Origin: Azolla caroliniana
Lineage: Eukaryota; Plantae; Polypodiophyta
NCBI GenBank assembly: GCA_043228905.1
Contig: JBHGNT010000010.1
Span: 4,154,001 to 4,218,000 of the forward strand
DNA length: 64,000 nucleotides
Reading direction: 5' to 3'
In this document: positions 12,901 to 25,465 of the stretch, piece by piece
Position numbering within the stretch: position 1 is the first letter of the stretch
How the letters are laid out: each line of letters starts with the position of its first letter
Notes under the pieces: generated by a model
The model's database searches: none
What the model saw: only the letters and a program-made list of their open reading frames with translations
What the model was told of the DNA's origin: nothing
Made by a program: the position numbers and the translations under genes

Positions 12901-15277
12901 GATAGGGCAGATGTGGACCTCTTCACATTAGTTAGAGATTGAGTGGAAAACGTTTTGCATATATCATTAATTTGGTAAGCATAGATAAGTTGTTCTTACA
13001 AGGATATTTATTTGATTGGTGGCTTACCATATATTGTTAATTGGTAAGTCCAGATAAGTTCATCTTACAAGGTATATTATTTGATTGTTGTCTCAAGTGA
13101 CTTCAATGGGGTATGCATAATAGAATATAATAGATGGTCAGATTAATGATGTATTTTAACATTGTCTCGTCATAATATAGGCGTAATAAACTGATATATC
13201 TTAACCATAGTTGCTAAATACTTAGCATACAATACGCGTACATTACGTATGCTACATCTTTTAATAGTATTCTATGCTTTTTGTAAAACACTTAGATACG
13301 TATTCTTATGACAAGTATGTATGTAGAATACGTTAATTACTTCTTATATTTGTATTGCATCTAACAATTGTTCTTGGCCAAATTTGTACGTTTTTGAATT
13401 TTAATATTTTTAGGAAATGTAAAATACTTGTTAAATATGTACACAGTTTTAAAACGTAGAATTGTGTTAAATACCCGAGAGTATTCGAGAACATATTAAC
13501 ACCTCAGAGTATTCTAGAACGTATTCTATACTATAATATGCATCTTTTGTCAACTATGATCTTAATGTTGTCTCATTGTAATATAGGCCCACATTCTGGC
13601 ATCATTATCACAAGTTATGTCCAGATTATTGGTTGGTTTTTAGAAATGAAAAGGAATACTACCAACCCCCAAATTGGCAAGATGCATTGCAAGTCTGCAT
13701 GTTATTGAAGCATTCTAATCTTTGGCTTATCTCAAAGTATTCTACATGTATGAGTGGTAATCAAAGATTACATGTATAATGTGGGCCAAAAAGGGATATT
13801 ACCAGTTACCCCCAAACTGAAGCATTCTAATCTTTTGCTTATCTCTAAGTATTCTACGTGTATTTGTGGCAATCAAAGATTAGATGTATAATGTAGTGGG
13901 CCACATCATGCCCCAATCACCCAAAAAATGTCAGATCAATTGGATATCAGTAGAAGATGGCAATTTGATTTATGCATCAATAATCAGATATTATGTGCAT
14001 GTAAAAAGTAGTGACAACATGTTCGAAGATGAATGCTGCTATGGCACTATGATTCCTAACATCAGTCAACAGTTTCTGTATGCTCATCTTTACAGTAATT
14101 CATAGTACTGAACTCTAGCTTGATTTTACAATCCATATTGTAATGTTTGGAGAGAAAGGATTGTTCAATTGAGTATCTTAGACTTCTCGGAAATTTCCAC
14201 CCTCCTTTCTTTGGGCTTCTAGAAACTGCCATATTTTAGCTGTCATATCTCAGTTGAAGAGTCGCTACTGCCATTTCTTAGCTGTCATGAGAATTCAAAT
14301 CTCACTGAACTTTGTTGCTCTAATATTGATAACCAATGTGCATCCTTTACTTTAATTGCAGTTTTTCTACATTTATTGATGATCTTAGGTTTTTCATCTC
14401 AGAGATATAATTCATTTTTAGTTTGTAAAGTAAAACTACATTGATCCTATTTATCATGTTGGAGTCCTTACTTTATATGAAGTTTGCATGAGGTAATTAA
14501 CATTTTGGAACAGGAACATTATTCTAATTTCATCACAGGAAAGATCAATGAAAGAGATGATTGTCAATTGTCACTATTTATTATTAAATTACTCTAAAAT
14601 ATTGAAATCTATTGGCTGTGGTTTCTCTTCAGGAGCTAGAGAATCGTAAACGAATTAATACTGGTCTTCAGATGCAAAACATTGTCGGAGAAGAGAAGAA
14701 CGATCTACTGGACTATCTTAGGAGTTTGTCCCCTGACAAGGTTAGATTTGTAATTAGTTTTTCTTCCAGAATACTCTTGGTTTGTTTTTATTTTTATTTT
14801 AATTGTCCAACATTGATGCATACTCCATTACCAGGTGGCAGAATTGTCACAACCCACTTCAAAAGATGTGGATGAAGTGATTGAACATGTTATTAATGGA
14901 CTACTTGATGATCCTTCCACAAAGATACAACATAAAGAAGATACACAATATACCATCTCAAGTGGTCCATGGGATGAGGATAACACTCAAAAGTGTAGCT
15001 CGTCCCCCTTGCAGTCACAATCTGCACTTATAGTAGAGCGTGACTATCTTGCAAGATTGCTTTTCTGGTACGTATAGAACTCTTGCAAATTGCATCATAA
15101 ACATGTCTGTTGTGTGATGATGATGTAATCTAAGATAGCATTTTATAAGAGGTTATATGGTTTATGACCAGGTGTATGTTGCTGGGCCATCATATGAGAA
15201 GTGTCGAATACCGTTTAGAACTCAGCCGCACACTAAGTTTATCTGGAGACCTTGATAACAGTATTAATGGAGACTGA
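6964..15277 (+). CDS. Plastid-targeted DUF760 family protein (UV-B-induced At3g17800-like)
   Basis: Exons 6964-7407, 8191-8399, 9388-9709, 14633-14740, 14835-15067, 15172-15277; all GT-AG with consistent phases. Ser-rich transit-peptide-like N-terminus. Motifs AMKRTISGMLGLLPSDQF, LAKLLVSSIMTGYTLRNAEYRL, KNDLLDYLRSLSPDKVAELS and RDYLARLLFWCMLLGHHMRSVEYRLEL are typical of plant DUF760 proteins. Confidence 0.88.
8460..9027 (+). repeat. 285-bp tandem duplication in DUF760 intron 2 carrying copies of the exon-3 acceptor
   Basis: Near-identical blocks offset by 285 bp (e.g. ATTTTAT at 8471 and 8756). Confidence 0.85.
9846..10095. mobile_element. hAT-type MITE (250 bp)
   Basis: TIR CATAGTACG / CATACTATG. 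Perfect 8-bp TSD GTTGAGCT at 9838-9845 and 10096-10103. A related copy lies at ~25085-25340. Confidence 0.8.
10390..10575. repeat. ~94-bp tandem duplication
   Basis: CTGTGGATGTTAAAAATCTATCT...GTTACAATTTGGACTCT...GATGTTGAT present twice. Confidence 0.75.
10620..12900. mobile_element. Highly decayed non-LTR (probably RTE-like) retroelement fragments in DUF760 intron 3, both orientations
   Basis: Fragmentary ORFs: plus strand LWYSQMMKWFNNNGLDIETL; minus strand GCSISS and LSLKWTKVF, resembling the RT motifs GCPLSP and VNxxKTKV. No intact catalytic motif. Confidence 0.35.
13206..13558. mobile_element. hAT-type MITE
   Basis: TIR CATAGTTG / CAACTATG. 8-bp TSD ATCTTAAC (13198-13205) and ATCTTAAT (13559-13566). 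Confidence 0.7.
13700..13905. repeat. ~110-bp tandem duplication
   Basis: GAAGCATTCTAATCTTT...AAGTATTCTAC...AATCAAAGATTA.ATGTATAATGT occurs twice. Confidence 0.7.
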
Positions 15278-15769
15278 TTTATATGGTATGGCAATGTCAT
15301 GAATTTCTAGAGCTTAAATGTCAGCTAAAAAGGTGCTATCGAGCTATGCCAACTTGATGCATTTCTATTGGCAGACAACTTGCAGATTCGACTGGCTCAT
15401 ATGTTGGTACTAGGTATCACGTGTTCTTACAATGTCGAAGTGTTGGCAACGAGAATACCATTTGCTCATGCACATGGCGAGTATTCTCATTTGCTGCTTC
15501 TTGGTGTGGTATCTACTTTACCTATGTTGGAAGGATTTTGCTGAAATATATGTACATTTATTCTTGATATATTTAGTATTGGACATTCATTTTGAGTTGT
15601 AATCTAAATTCCTACAATGTATAAGATTAAAAGTTTTGGTTCTTAAATTTTCTTGTATAGTGATCAATAACTTTTTCGACTCAGATGCATAAAAGTCTGA
15701 GACTGATCATTGATACATAGGTACTGGTCATGTTTAAAGCTCTTTGTAACGGGAGCAATCATGGCCTTG

Positions 15770-15968
15770 GAAGCTCACATTGTATTATGTCTGTGTCTCT
15801 TTTGGATGAAAAACATAAGTCACCGAAAACAATGGATAACCTTCAAATAGCTTCCATGGTCTTGAAAGCTCACATTGTATATGCATTCCGTCTCTTTTGT
15901 AAATCTCTTTTAGATGAAAAACAGAAGTCATCGAAAACAATGGACAACCTTGAAATAGCTTTTATGTT
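15770..15968. repeat. ~95-100-bp tandem duplication between the convergent genes
   Basis: AGCTCACATTGTAT...GATGAAAAACA.AAGTCA.CGAAAACAATGGA.AACCTT.AAATAGCTT occurs twice. Confidence 0.75.
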
Positions 15969-16732
15969 CTCTGACCTTTTCAAGTCAGGTTGGGTTCCAA
16001 TGTTCTCATCTATCCCTTGGATTGAAAACAGTGCAGTGTTACTGAAATATAAGTCAAATGACAAGAAATCTTTTGCAAAATCTGCATACCTAGATTGAAT
16101 CACACTCGCATCCATCACTTAGAATCAAGTTATCCATGTGGTTCAACTCTCTTGAGTAGAATATTGTATAAGCATAAAAGGTAATGATTCTTTTATAGGC
16201 ATAACATAAGCCCTAAACTCTTGTATCAAATCAAGTCATTTTTTGTGGAAGACTACAGAGTACTCTCTTTTGTTTTGGCATTTTATTGAGATGTTTGCTT
16301 GGCAGGTTTGCTTGGCAGGAAGGTCTTCATCATGTTCTCAGAAAAGATGAGGTGATATCAATGAGGGGTGAGTAATGCCAATGTTACAAATTCCACAAAG
16401 GCTTGCCTAATTTTAAGTGGTCTTAAATTATCATGTGAATGCTGATGACCATACAATCTCAATTATCTTACTTTTTCAACTTTCTAATGCTTGCAATGTA
16501 CAATATTCAAATTGCAACGGCGATTCAATGCATGATAATGCATAGACAATATTATTCCATATGGAATAAAAGAAGTTTTACACATGCACCTATGTGCATG
16601 TAATGAAGCATAAGAAATGAGTCTTAGTGGGTTAATGACATTTTGGAGCTGGAGATTTTGTCCAAACAAGTATGAAATGGGCATATTTTCCTGGAGATGG
16701 GGTTTTCCTTCGATAAATTGTACAGATATTCA

Positions 16733-19700
16733 TCATAGCTTTGTTACAACTTTCTTCCATCTTCCCAAAAATTCTCGACCCTGATAAATTAATTTAACAA
16801 ACAAAAATAAGTTCAGACTCTGATGTCTAAAACATGCCTACTACACAAAATTCGTGAATTTTCTGAATACTCTTACCTTCCGTTCATCAATAGCAAGAGT
16901 ATTCTCCTTGAAAAAGATGCACTGAAAACCGTGTGGAGAAAGCACTTTCTCATACCTACCCAGAACGTTGTGTTAGCACCAGTAATTGTATAAATTCAGA
17001 AATAGGTAGAGGATCAGGCCTTACGCTTCAAAAGAGACTGCATAGGGAGGCCCGCCTTCATGATCACTAACCTTTAAAACATAACAGGGCCCCATCAACA
17101 GAACTGAAATAAATGTACATGGTCTACAAATGTGCACCCTGAATATCTAAATGCATTTTCATATTTATGCTTTGGTATTCAGAGTTCATGCATGTATTAT
17201 CTGATTGAAGATCTTACAGGGAATATAAGTGTAACCAGTTCACCATCAGAAGTCAACAGGTCTGCCATTTTTGATGCCCAAAGCGGCCTGAGTTTTGGCT
17301 CTAAAGCACAAAAGAACCTGCATAAATTCCACACAAGATTAATTATGGACAAATTGATTTAGTGTACATCCCAGCCAGAAAACATGGGAAAAATTAAGAT
17401 TTTTGGGTAAGATGCAAATGATATCCCTACCCATGTCATTAATACCCTGCTATAAAAGTTCCTCTATGAGCATTCAAATGGAACAATGCTAAGCTCTAGA
17501 TAACGAGGTTACTTAATCATGTTCTACAATCACATTGTCTACTTTTATGTTTTCTTCTACTGTCATGTTTTCCTTGATCCACTTTGAAACTTTCAGAGAC
17601 CGAATTATAGAACGTGCCAAATGCTACACCTACTTCTGTAAGAAGGGTCAGCACTGTCAGTATTCCTCACCACTGGTTAACAGTCATTAACAGCAGCCAC
17701 ATAGAGGAGGTAACAAGAACGTATGTAATTTCTTGAATATTACTGCACTCTTAGACTACATTGATATATTGCCGTTACGGCTTGAGACAATTTCTACTTC
17801 TCAATGTTGCAATTTCAATGTTATATTTATATTTTTGAATCAATAACTTGATCGCTACATTTGGACATACCTCAATGTGCAGCAGTTAGTCCAGATTTGA
17901 AATTTTGTTCGCTATCAATCAGGGTATATGTCCACAGTTCTGATTGTCATTTATACTAATGCAGTAAATGGTGATCATACTTGTCTGAACCAAATTCTTT
18001 GCCCAGCCCATTTTCTACCTGATGACTATCCATTTCCAGCCACCATGCATGCACATTAACTTCAGCCATGTCATCATGATTTCATGCCTAAATTATTGAG
18101 CATATTCTCATTTCATATATATTGTACTTACGACAAAAATGCAATTTCCAGTAATATAAGGCACAGATTCTGGTAGTTTAAGCAGCAAGTTTATATACAC
18201 ATACTAAATCACGAACTTCTATTGTTACGTAAATCACAAATCTCTCTCATGGATTGAAATATATCTTTAGTCAATGTCTAAGTCCTCTTCTGGACATTTT
18301 AAATATCTTACGTGTAATCAAAGATGAGGTTGAAGCAAGAAGATGGGTTATAAGTAAAAAAATCCGCACAAACAAACTCAACATGGCTTAAATCCATCTC
18401 TCCAAAAACCTACACAACTAAAAAATTAATTAGATTTTGCAGACCATTTCTCTAAAAACCTACACAATAAAACATTAAATTTGAGAGTTACATATAAACT
18501 GAACTATTTGAAGTGATGTGAAACCTACAAACGTTACTTGAAACTGCATTTTAATTTCATTTAGTATATATAGGACACTTCTTTTTGGGTTCTTGGATCA
18601 CATGCATCTATTTTCATTTATTTATTGTTAGTGCAAGGTACGAAACCATTGACACAAGCTAAATTGAATTTATGCCACTTCACTTCAATACGTTGATGGT
18701 ACTGAAAGTAGGATGCCAAAAGGTTTGTTTTGGTACCACCTGTTTAAAAACTGTCTAAAGGTGGACTTTAAGGAGTTACAGGAGAGAAAATGGCTGAGGT
18801 GCAGAGGAAGAAGATAAACAGGTTTTTCAAACCCCCCAATAATTTGCCTTGAAGATACACATCCTAGGAGGCAAGTGAACAGATATGAACCCTCCATGCA
18901 TTAAATTATGTTATCAGATGAGGGTGAGCCTCTCACCTATAAAGAGGCAAAACTATGGCTGAGGTGCAGAGGAAGAAGATACACAGGTTTTTGAAGCCCC
19001 CCAATAATTTGCCTTGAAGATACACATCCTAGGAGGCAAGTGAACAGATATGAACCCTCCATGCATTAAATTATGTTATCAGATGAGGGTGAGCCTCTCT
19101 TATAAAGAGGCAAAACTATGTGAGCACAAGAAGAAGTGGGAATTAGCCATGCAAGAAGAGATAAAAACCTTGCATGCAAATGATGCTTGGGATTTGGTTG
19201 AGTTGCCCAAAGGTAGGAAGGCCATTCCAAACAAGTGGGTATACAAAATCAAAATTATTTATGGCAAACCCAAGCGTAAGGCAAGGCTGGTTGCCAATAG
19301 ATATGCCCAAAAAGAGGGCATTGATTTCCATGAGGTTTTCTCTCCGGTGGTTACGGTTACCACACTACATGTCTTATTTGCTCTCACAACCACCTTGGAT
19401 TTGGAATTATTCCAAATGGATGTAAAAACAGCCTTTTTGCATGGTGATCTAGACAAAGAGCTGTACATGAAACAGCCTGAAGGATATGCCATTCCTGGAA
19501 AAGAACATCTGGTATGCGAGCTGAAAAGGAGCTTATATGGCCTGGGAAGAAAAGAGCACTCTGAATGCTCTTAAACAGCAGCTGAACTCTGCATTCTCAA
19601 TGAAAGACATTGGGGAAGCTCTCGGGATAGACGGCAGTATACTTTGCATTTATCCCAAGAAAAGTAATGTGGCTGATGTTAAACCTCTCGGAGTGCCATT

Positions 19701-22675
19701 GCAGCCACATGTTAAGGTTTCCAAGAATGATTGTCCCAAAGATGATGATGCAGCCAATTATATGAAGAGTGTTCCATTGTATCAGCTTGTGATTCCCTTA
19801 TGCATGTTATGGTTGCCACTCGGCCAGACATTGCTCATGCAGTTGGAGTTATTAGCAAGTTAATGATAAATCCTAGTAGAGCTCATTGGGAAGCAATCAA
19901 ATCTATCTTGAGATATTTGAAAGGGACCAAAGGTAAATGCCTATGTTATGGAAAGGCTCCATTAGAGTTTAAAGTATTTTGTGATTCAGACATGGCAGGT
20001 GATGTGGATACACGCAAGTCCACACCCTTGCAAGTGGAACTATTTCATGGTGCTCTAGACTTCAAAGGATAGTTACACTATCTACTACAGAGGCTGAATA
20101 TATTTCAGCTACTGACGCTTCCAAAGAAGCCATTTGGTTAGCCCACTTGTAATTTGTGTAGTGAGTTTGGGATGCTTTAAAATTCACCTATTCGTGGATG
20201 CGATAGCCAAAGTGCCATATGTTTGGCAAAGAATGCAATGTTTCATGCTCGCATAAAGCATATTGATGTGAGATACCACTTCATTAGAGAGGTGATAGAA
20301 GATGGCTTAATCACTTTGATCAAGGTCGATACTTCACAGAATCCTGTAGACACTTTCACAAAGTGTTTCATGGCACAACATCAGCTATGTACATAGATGA
20401 TGGGAGCCACCTTGGTCCTTTAAGTGGGAGGTTGTTGTAGCCACAAGGACTCTCCTTTTTGTATATTTTGACCCTTCCATATGAAAGCTCTCAAAGGTTC
20501 TCTACGAGAGCTTTTAAACATATTTTCATTATATTTTTGTCCCCAATTTGGGGGGTGATAGACATTTACATTATCTTTATAACTTTTGGTCATTGGCCAT
20601 GTGTGAACATGCTGAAATGCCCTAAAAATCACTTATCAATAAGAATTGGTCCCAAATCTCTCCTAACTTTTGGTCATTGGCCGTGTGTGAGCATGCCCAA
20701 ATGACCTAAAAGTCACTTACCAATAAGAATTGATCCCAAATCTCTCTTAATGAGATAGGGAACTTTTAGCGGCTCGATCTTTCTCTCCATTTCTACACAA
20801 TTTTCTCTACTTTCCCTCTCCTAAGACAGCAGCCCACTCCCTTGGTGTTTTGGAGCAACTGACCATGCCATCACATCTCTTTCATACTTGAGCTTGTTTA
20901 CACGAGCCAAATGACTCAAATGTGTCCGTCCTAAAAACTCTCAGGACAGCTATAGTATTAATGGTCCTTTGTAAATGTACACAGAGAGTTCATGAACCTT
21001 AAAAGGTAAACTTGGTGCTGAACGAGATAAAAATGGATCCCACCCACAATTCTCAAGTGGTAGACATTATTTGATATTCAAGCATGAAATTTAAAGTACC
21101 TAGATGGATTTGCTAATATGAAGGAGAATGAGTTGGATGAAGGTGGAAAGTATTAGAATCAAAAATCCAAAAGAACTGAGCCAAGCATGTTACCTCATAA
21201 GCCCGTTTAACTGCAGTAGATGATATGTCCAACCCTGTAACATGCATTGTTGGAGAGGATAGAGCAATAACATCATAACCCTATGCCATCACACAAATTT
21301 ATCGATCACATCCAAGAAATTTAAGGACATGTTAGTTGCTTTCTCCAATAGGCAAACTGAAGTTAGGTATTGAAACTGAATTAAAATTTACCAACTATAT
21401 ATACTCTCAAACTTATAACAAGACTAGGCACATGTCAACACATACTCCATGCAAGTACACAAACTAACTTTGTAAAAGGATGAAAAATCCCAGCTAGCGC
21501 ACAGTAAAATCACAATTTTTAGTTTCCCATTGATTGCCAAAAGAGAGATAGGTATTCTAATAACATCCACATAAAGTTGAATACAATCTATGGGCGGGGC
21601 TGAACCTATGGCGAGGACTGAACATGGGTTCCCTCGATATTTATGACTTTAGTGCTATGGTGGTGTAAAACACCAAGACTGCCAGAATGAAAGAAAGGTG
21701 AATCAGAACTCTATAAGAGAAGTATAATCAATGAAGTGGAAAGACAGAAATAAGCTAAATACTGGGCAACATGGAGCAAATACAAGAGAAAGCAAACATT
21801 ATAGCTTCTCTTTTGAGAGAAGCTAAAAAGAGATTTAGTTTTGGCTAACACTACCAGGAATTCCTACATCCTTCTTGCCCAACAAGCCCAGCTACATCAT
21901 ATGAATGCAAATCATAAAAAAATTTAAGCAAACATACAAATCAAGAAAAGCATTTGTCATACCAAAAATAATTACTTCAAGAAGGATTCATATTTGGTCT
22001 TGCATTAGTAATGAACAAAATAACATCATTGAAAAATAACAGTAAACGTTCAGAAAAACAGCAATGAAAGAGTTCAGTTAAAACAAACATCATTAGGAAA
22101 TCGAACAATTAATGTAAAAAGCTCAGAAAGGGCTACAGAATAGTGGAATACCATGCTGAAACCAGGTACAAAGAGATCAGCTGGCATGCCAAAGAATACA
22201 TTGATAATAATTACAAATGGTCAGAAACAGGTAAGAAGGCAATGGCAAAAACAGATAGCTAGAAATACCCTGAAACAGCAAGGCAAGAATGCAATAGCAT
22301 CACACAGTCATGTACAAGATCTCGGTGTCATGCAAAAGAAGCTCATTACTAGATAATGAAAAATGCTCAGATACAGAGCTATTAAAGTGTTGATATACCT
22401 GTTCCTAACCCCAACTATGTTATGAGACCTACATCAGTCACCGGTAAGATTGTATGGAGCGGGAATGCTACGGTGAGCAATGAGCCTACACCAGGAGTCT
22501 CTAGCACTATCTTATATAATGCTTATAAATAGAAAATGATTACTACTTAGAAGGAACTAACAATAGAAAAGAAGCATGCTTCAACCCAGTACAAGAGTTC
22601 AGTACCATGACGAAGCAATGTTTGGGAAAAATGTTTGATCATCTCCACAGCAAGTTTTCGAACTTGCTGGCTGGA

Positions 22676-22716
<41 letters not shown>

Positions 22717-23857
22717 GAAGGAAACCCCGAGAAAAATGAAACAATTTTGTATGAAATTCCAAAAATTCTGCAGCATTTTCATCATTTTCTTTTATTTCAT
22801 GCATAAGAAGGAAACTCAATCAAAGAAAATTATCCCAAAGATCGTCATTAAATAACCAAGAGAATCTCAAGGGTTCATTTCATGCATTCTTTACTACAAA
22901 TGGAGGGTAGCATATGAGGGGGTATTTACATATTTGAATAGAAAAAATATATGTTTAATTCGAGGAAAAAAACTACAAAAAATGAGGTTCTTAACTAGGC
23001 CTGGAAAACAAATTATATAGAGGGTTACATATAGTGACCCTCCTAACCTAGTAACAACTGCAAAGCAGGAAGGTAAAAAAGAGTGGAATACCGTGCCACA
23101 ACCAGGGATGAGCGCTCGGCCAACAGCAGGGAGATCATTTCTCTTTACAAGGTCTGCAATGACAGGAGTGACCTTTCCCAAATCCCATGGGGTAGCTCCT
23201 TCGATCCAACATGAGTCCCAAGAATCTATTTATTGGATATTCAATACATGTAAGCACTTCAGTTATCTAATGAAGAGACACTCAAAAACACAATGAAGTA
23301 ACAATGGCATTCAAATGCAAAGGAACAAACAACGCAATCAAATGCAGTGAAGCAATAATAGTATTCAATTGCAATGACAATGCAAGGCATTCAAATGCAA
23401 CAAAACAACATTGGCATTCAGAGCAATATTCAAAATATGCCCGAGCTTCAGTGTAATTTGAAATTTTCAAAAGTTGAGAGAAACACCTGTGAATTATAAA
23501 CAAATAAAACTTGGAGGGATAAGAAGTTGAAAAAACTCTTAAAGAGATTCTATAGAAGAAAAACGTCTCGAGTTTATCTAATAGATCCCCCCCCCCCCTC
23601 TTCCTTGGAACAAATATCGCGAGTCATTAGAAGCAAAACACATGGAACTTTTTTGGGGGGAGATTTTTTTCCGTCTGGTTTATTTCGGGCGATCGACATT
23701 AGAAGAAAAACGACGACAATTTTCCAAAGGGGGGCAAAAGGCAAAGGAAAGAGCACTCACTTGTGGCTTTCAAGATGTTGCGCATGGCATCTCCACCGCT
23801 CAGTTGCGGGATCAACGACGACGAAGATGAAGATGAAGACGAAGAAGACGACGACAT
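16733..23857 (-). CDS. HOL1: SAM-dependent thiol/thiocyanate/halide methyltransferase (HOL/TPMT family)
   Basis: Exons (minus) 23857-23761, 23225-23092, 21280-21194, 18409-18312, 17317-17218, 17071-17025, 16955-16877, 16780-16733; phases consistent. Motifs W...[60 protein letters not shown] and R.GRE.LGRW. An alternative in-frame ATG at 23941 would add a 28-aa N-extension. The symbol denotes the family homologue. Confidence 0.9.
18700..20940 (+). mobile_element. Truncated, degenerate Ty1/copia element (RT-RNase H plus 3' LTR) in the HOL intron, antisense to the host gene
   Basis: Motifs [54 protein letters not shown] and [12 protein letters not shown]. An internal deletion removes the YVDD region. 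PPT-like TAAGTGGGAGGT followed by TGTTG at ~20433. ~165-bp duplication at 18791-19118. LTR end uncertain. Confidence 0.85.
22680..22712. repeat. (TA)n microsatellite
   Basis: Direct observation. Confidence 0.9.
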
Positions 23858-25084
23858 GGTGGGGTTTCTGCAGCGAATCAGGAGTCGTCCAAAGCAGCAG
23901 CGATGGAGATGGAGATGGAGAGCATACCTTAGACCTATCATTCTACTCCTTTCCTTTCCACATGAACCCACGTTCAAATTCATTCCTCTCTTCCATTGTT
24001 GGGTACGCTTTTTTATCAAAACTATAAAACTGCCCTATTCCTTTACACACATAATGAAATAATATTTTCCATATATGTACACACCTCATTCAAAAAATGA
24101 TGAAACATTAACATACCATTATATTTAATGTCTCCAATATATATATATATATAAGGTTAAGTGATGCGATCGAGTTGTAGGCCCAAACGCATTCCATGAT
24201 TAAAGATTATAATATAGAATTACAGTTTTAGTTTGAAGAAATTTTTCGATGATCTGGTGGTGGTTAACAAAGTCAAGTTTGTATGTATAATGCAAAACTA
24301 CTAGCCCACACTTTTTTTTGTCATTTCTTTCATTGCTCACAATTTATTATTTGTTAAAACCTTTTACTGTAGAGCCCCATGATGTATTGTACTTGTCGAG
24401 GCAGCATTCTTGAGTCCAGAAACCTGTATGATCTGCTCTATACAAGGTGTAGGGCTCCTCAACTAAACTAGTAAAATAGGCTTGACTCGCGATTGACTCG
24501 CGATTTGAAGGGTAGGGGGGGGGTTCTTGTGTAGGAGGCTAAAAAGGGGATAGGGATACGTTCAAAGAAGTCCTAGGTATAAACTTTAAAGCACCGAGGA
24601 AAAGAAACAAATTGGATAAGACATGCCCATAGTCATAAACAGCTTAGAAAGATTATAGACCGAATTGCACGAGGACATCCCAACTCTTTAAAATAACAAC
24701 GACGAGTTGTTCCCGGTCTACGTTAACTCCTCCCTTCAGTCCAAACCTTTGTCCCAATTCGTAAGCCTTCGCTTGACCACAGTCCCTCGGTAGAAACGGG
24801 TTTGGTTTTCCCATAGCCATGATCTGTAGCCATCCTTTGACCTATTTGTCAGTTGCAAATAACATGAGTAGTCTCCATCGTGCAACCTCTCCGCTCTCCT
24901 CTCTCTTATGGGCAATTAATTCTCTCCCTCTACATTTATCTTAACAAATAAATTTATTGATTAATAAAATCTTTTCGACTTTTTTTATTATCTCTACTTC
25001 TATTTTCCCCCACATTATATATCTATATCAATATTTGTATATATACATATATTTTACCTTACAATTAAACCCATTTCCTCTAAA

Positions 25085-25340
25085 GTAATATACTCGAATG
25101 CATTGGCAATCATTCTCTTTCATATGAATGCAAATGAATGCCTGTGTTATCAAAACATTCTTATGTTTTTTTTTACACTTTTTATCTTATCTTTCTTATC
25201 TTTAAAAAATTTACCTTGCAATAAATAATGAATACAAGAGTATGGTATTTAGTATTTACCATACTTCGAGGGTATTTACCATGGTCGAATGATTGAAACA
25301 TTCTCGAATGAGAATGCACGTATGTTTCATGCTATGGTCC
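25085..25340. mobile_element. Degenerate second copy of the 9846-10095 MITE family
   Basis: Colinear similarity (GAATGCATTG...GAATGCAAA.GAATGC.T.TGTTATCAAAAC...TGGTATTTAG...GAATGATTGAAACATTCT). Termini eroded. Confidence 0.65.
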
Positions 25341-25465
25341 CACACATTTAATAAATTGGTTTCCCTCTTCCCCAATACCACCCAATTTATGAGTAGACAC
25401 CCTTCTCACACTATATATATAAATAATTACAATGATACCCCTACATTTATAATTAAGCTACTCTT

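Noticed and set aside
23527-24062. Plus-strand ORFs overlapping HOL exon 1
   Set aside because: Antisense reading of the poly-Ser/microsatellite-like exon; low complexity.
24370-24460. Possible C/D snoRNA or tiny MITE (GAGCCC...GGGCTC ends)
   Set aside because: No canonical box D (CTGA) near the 3' end and no clear TSD.
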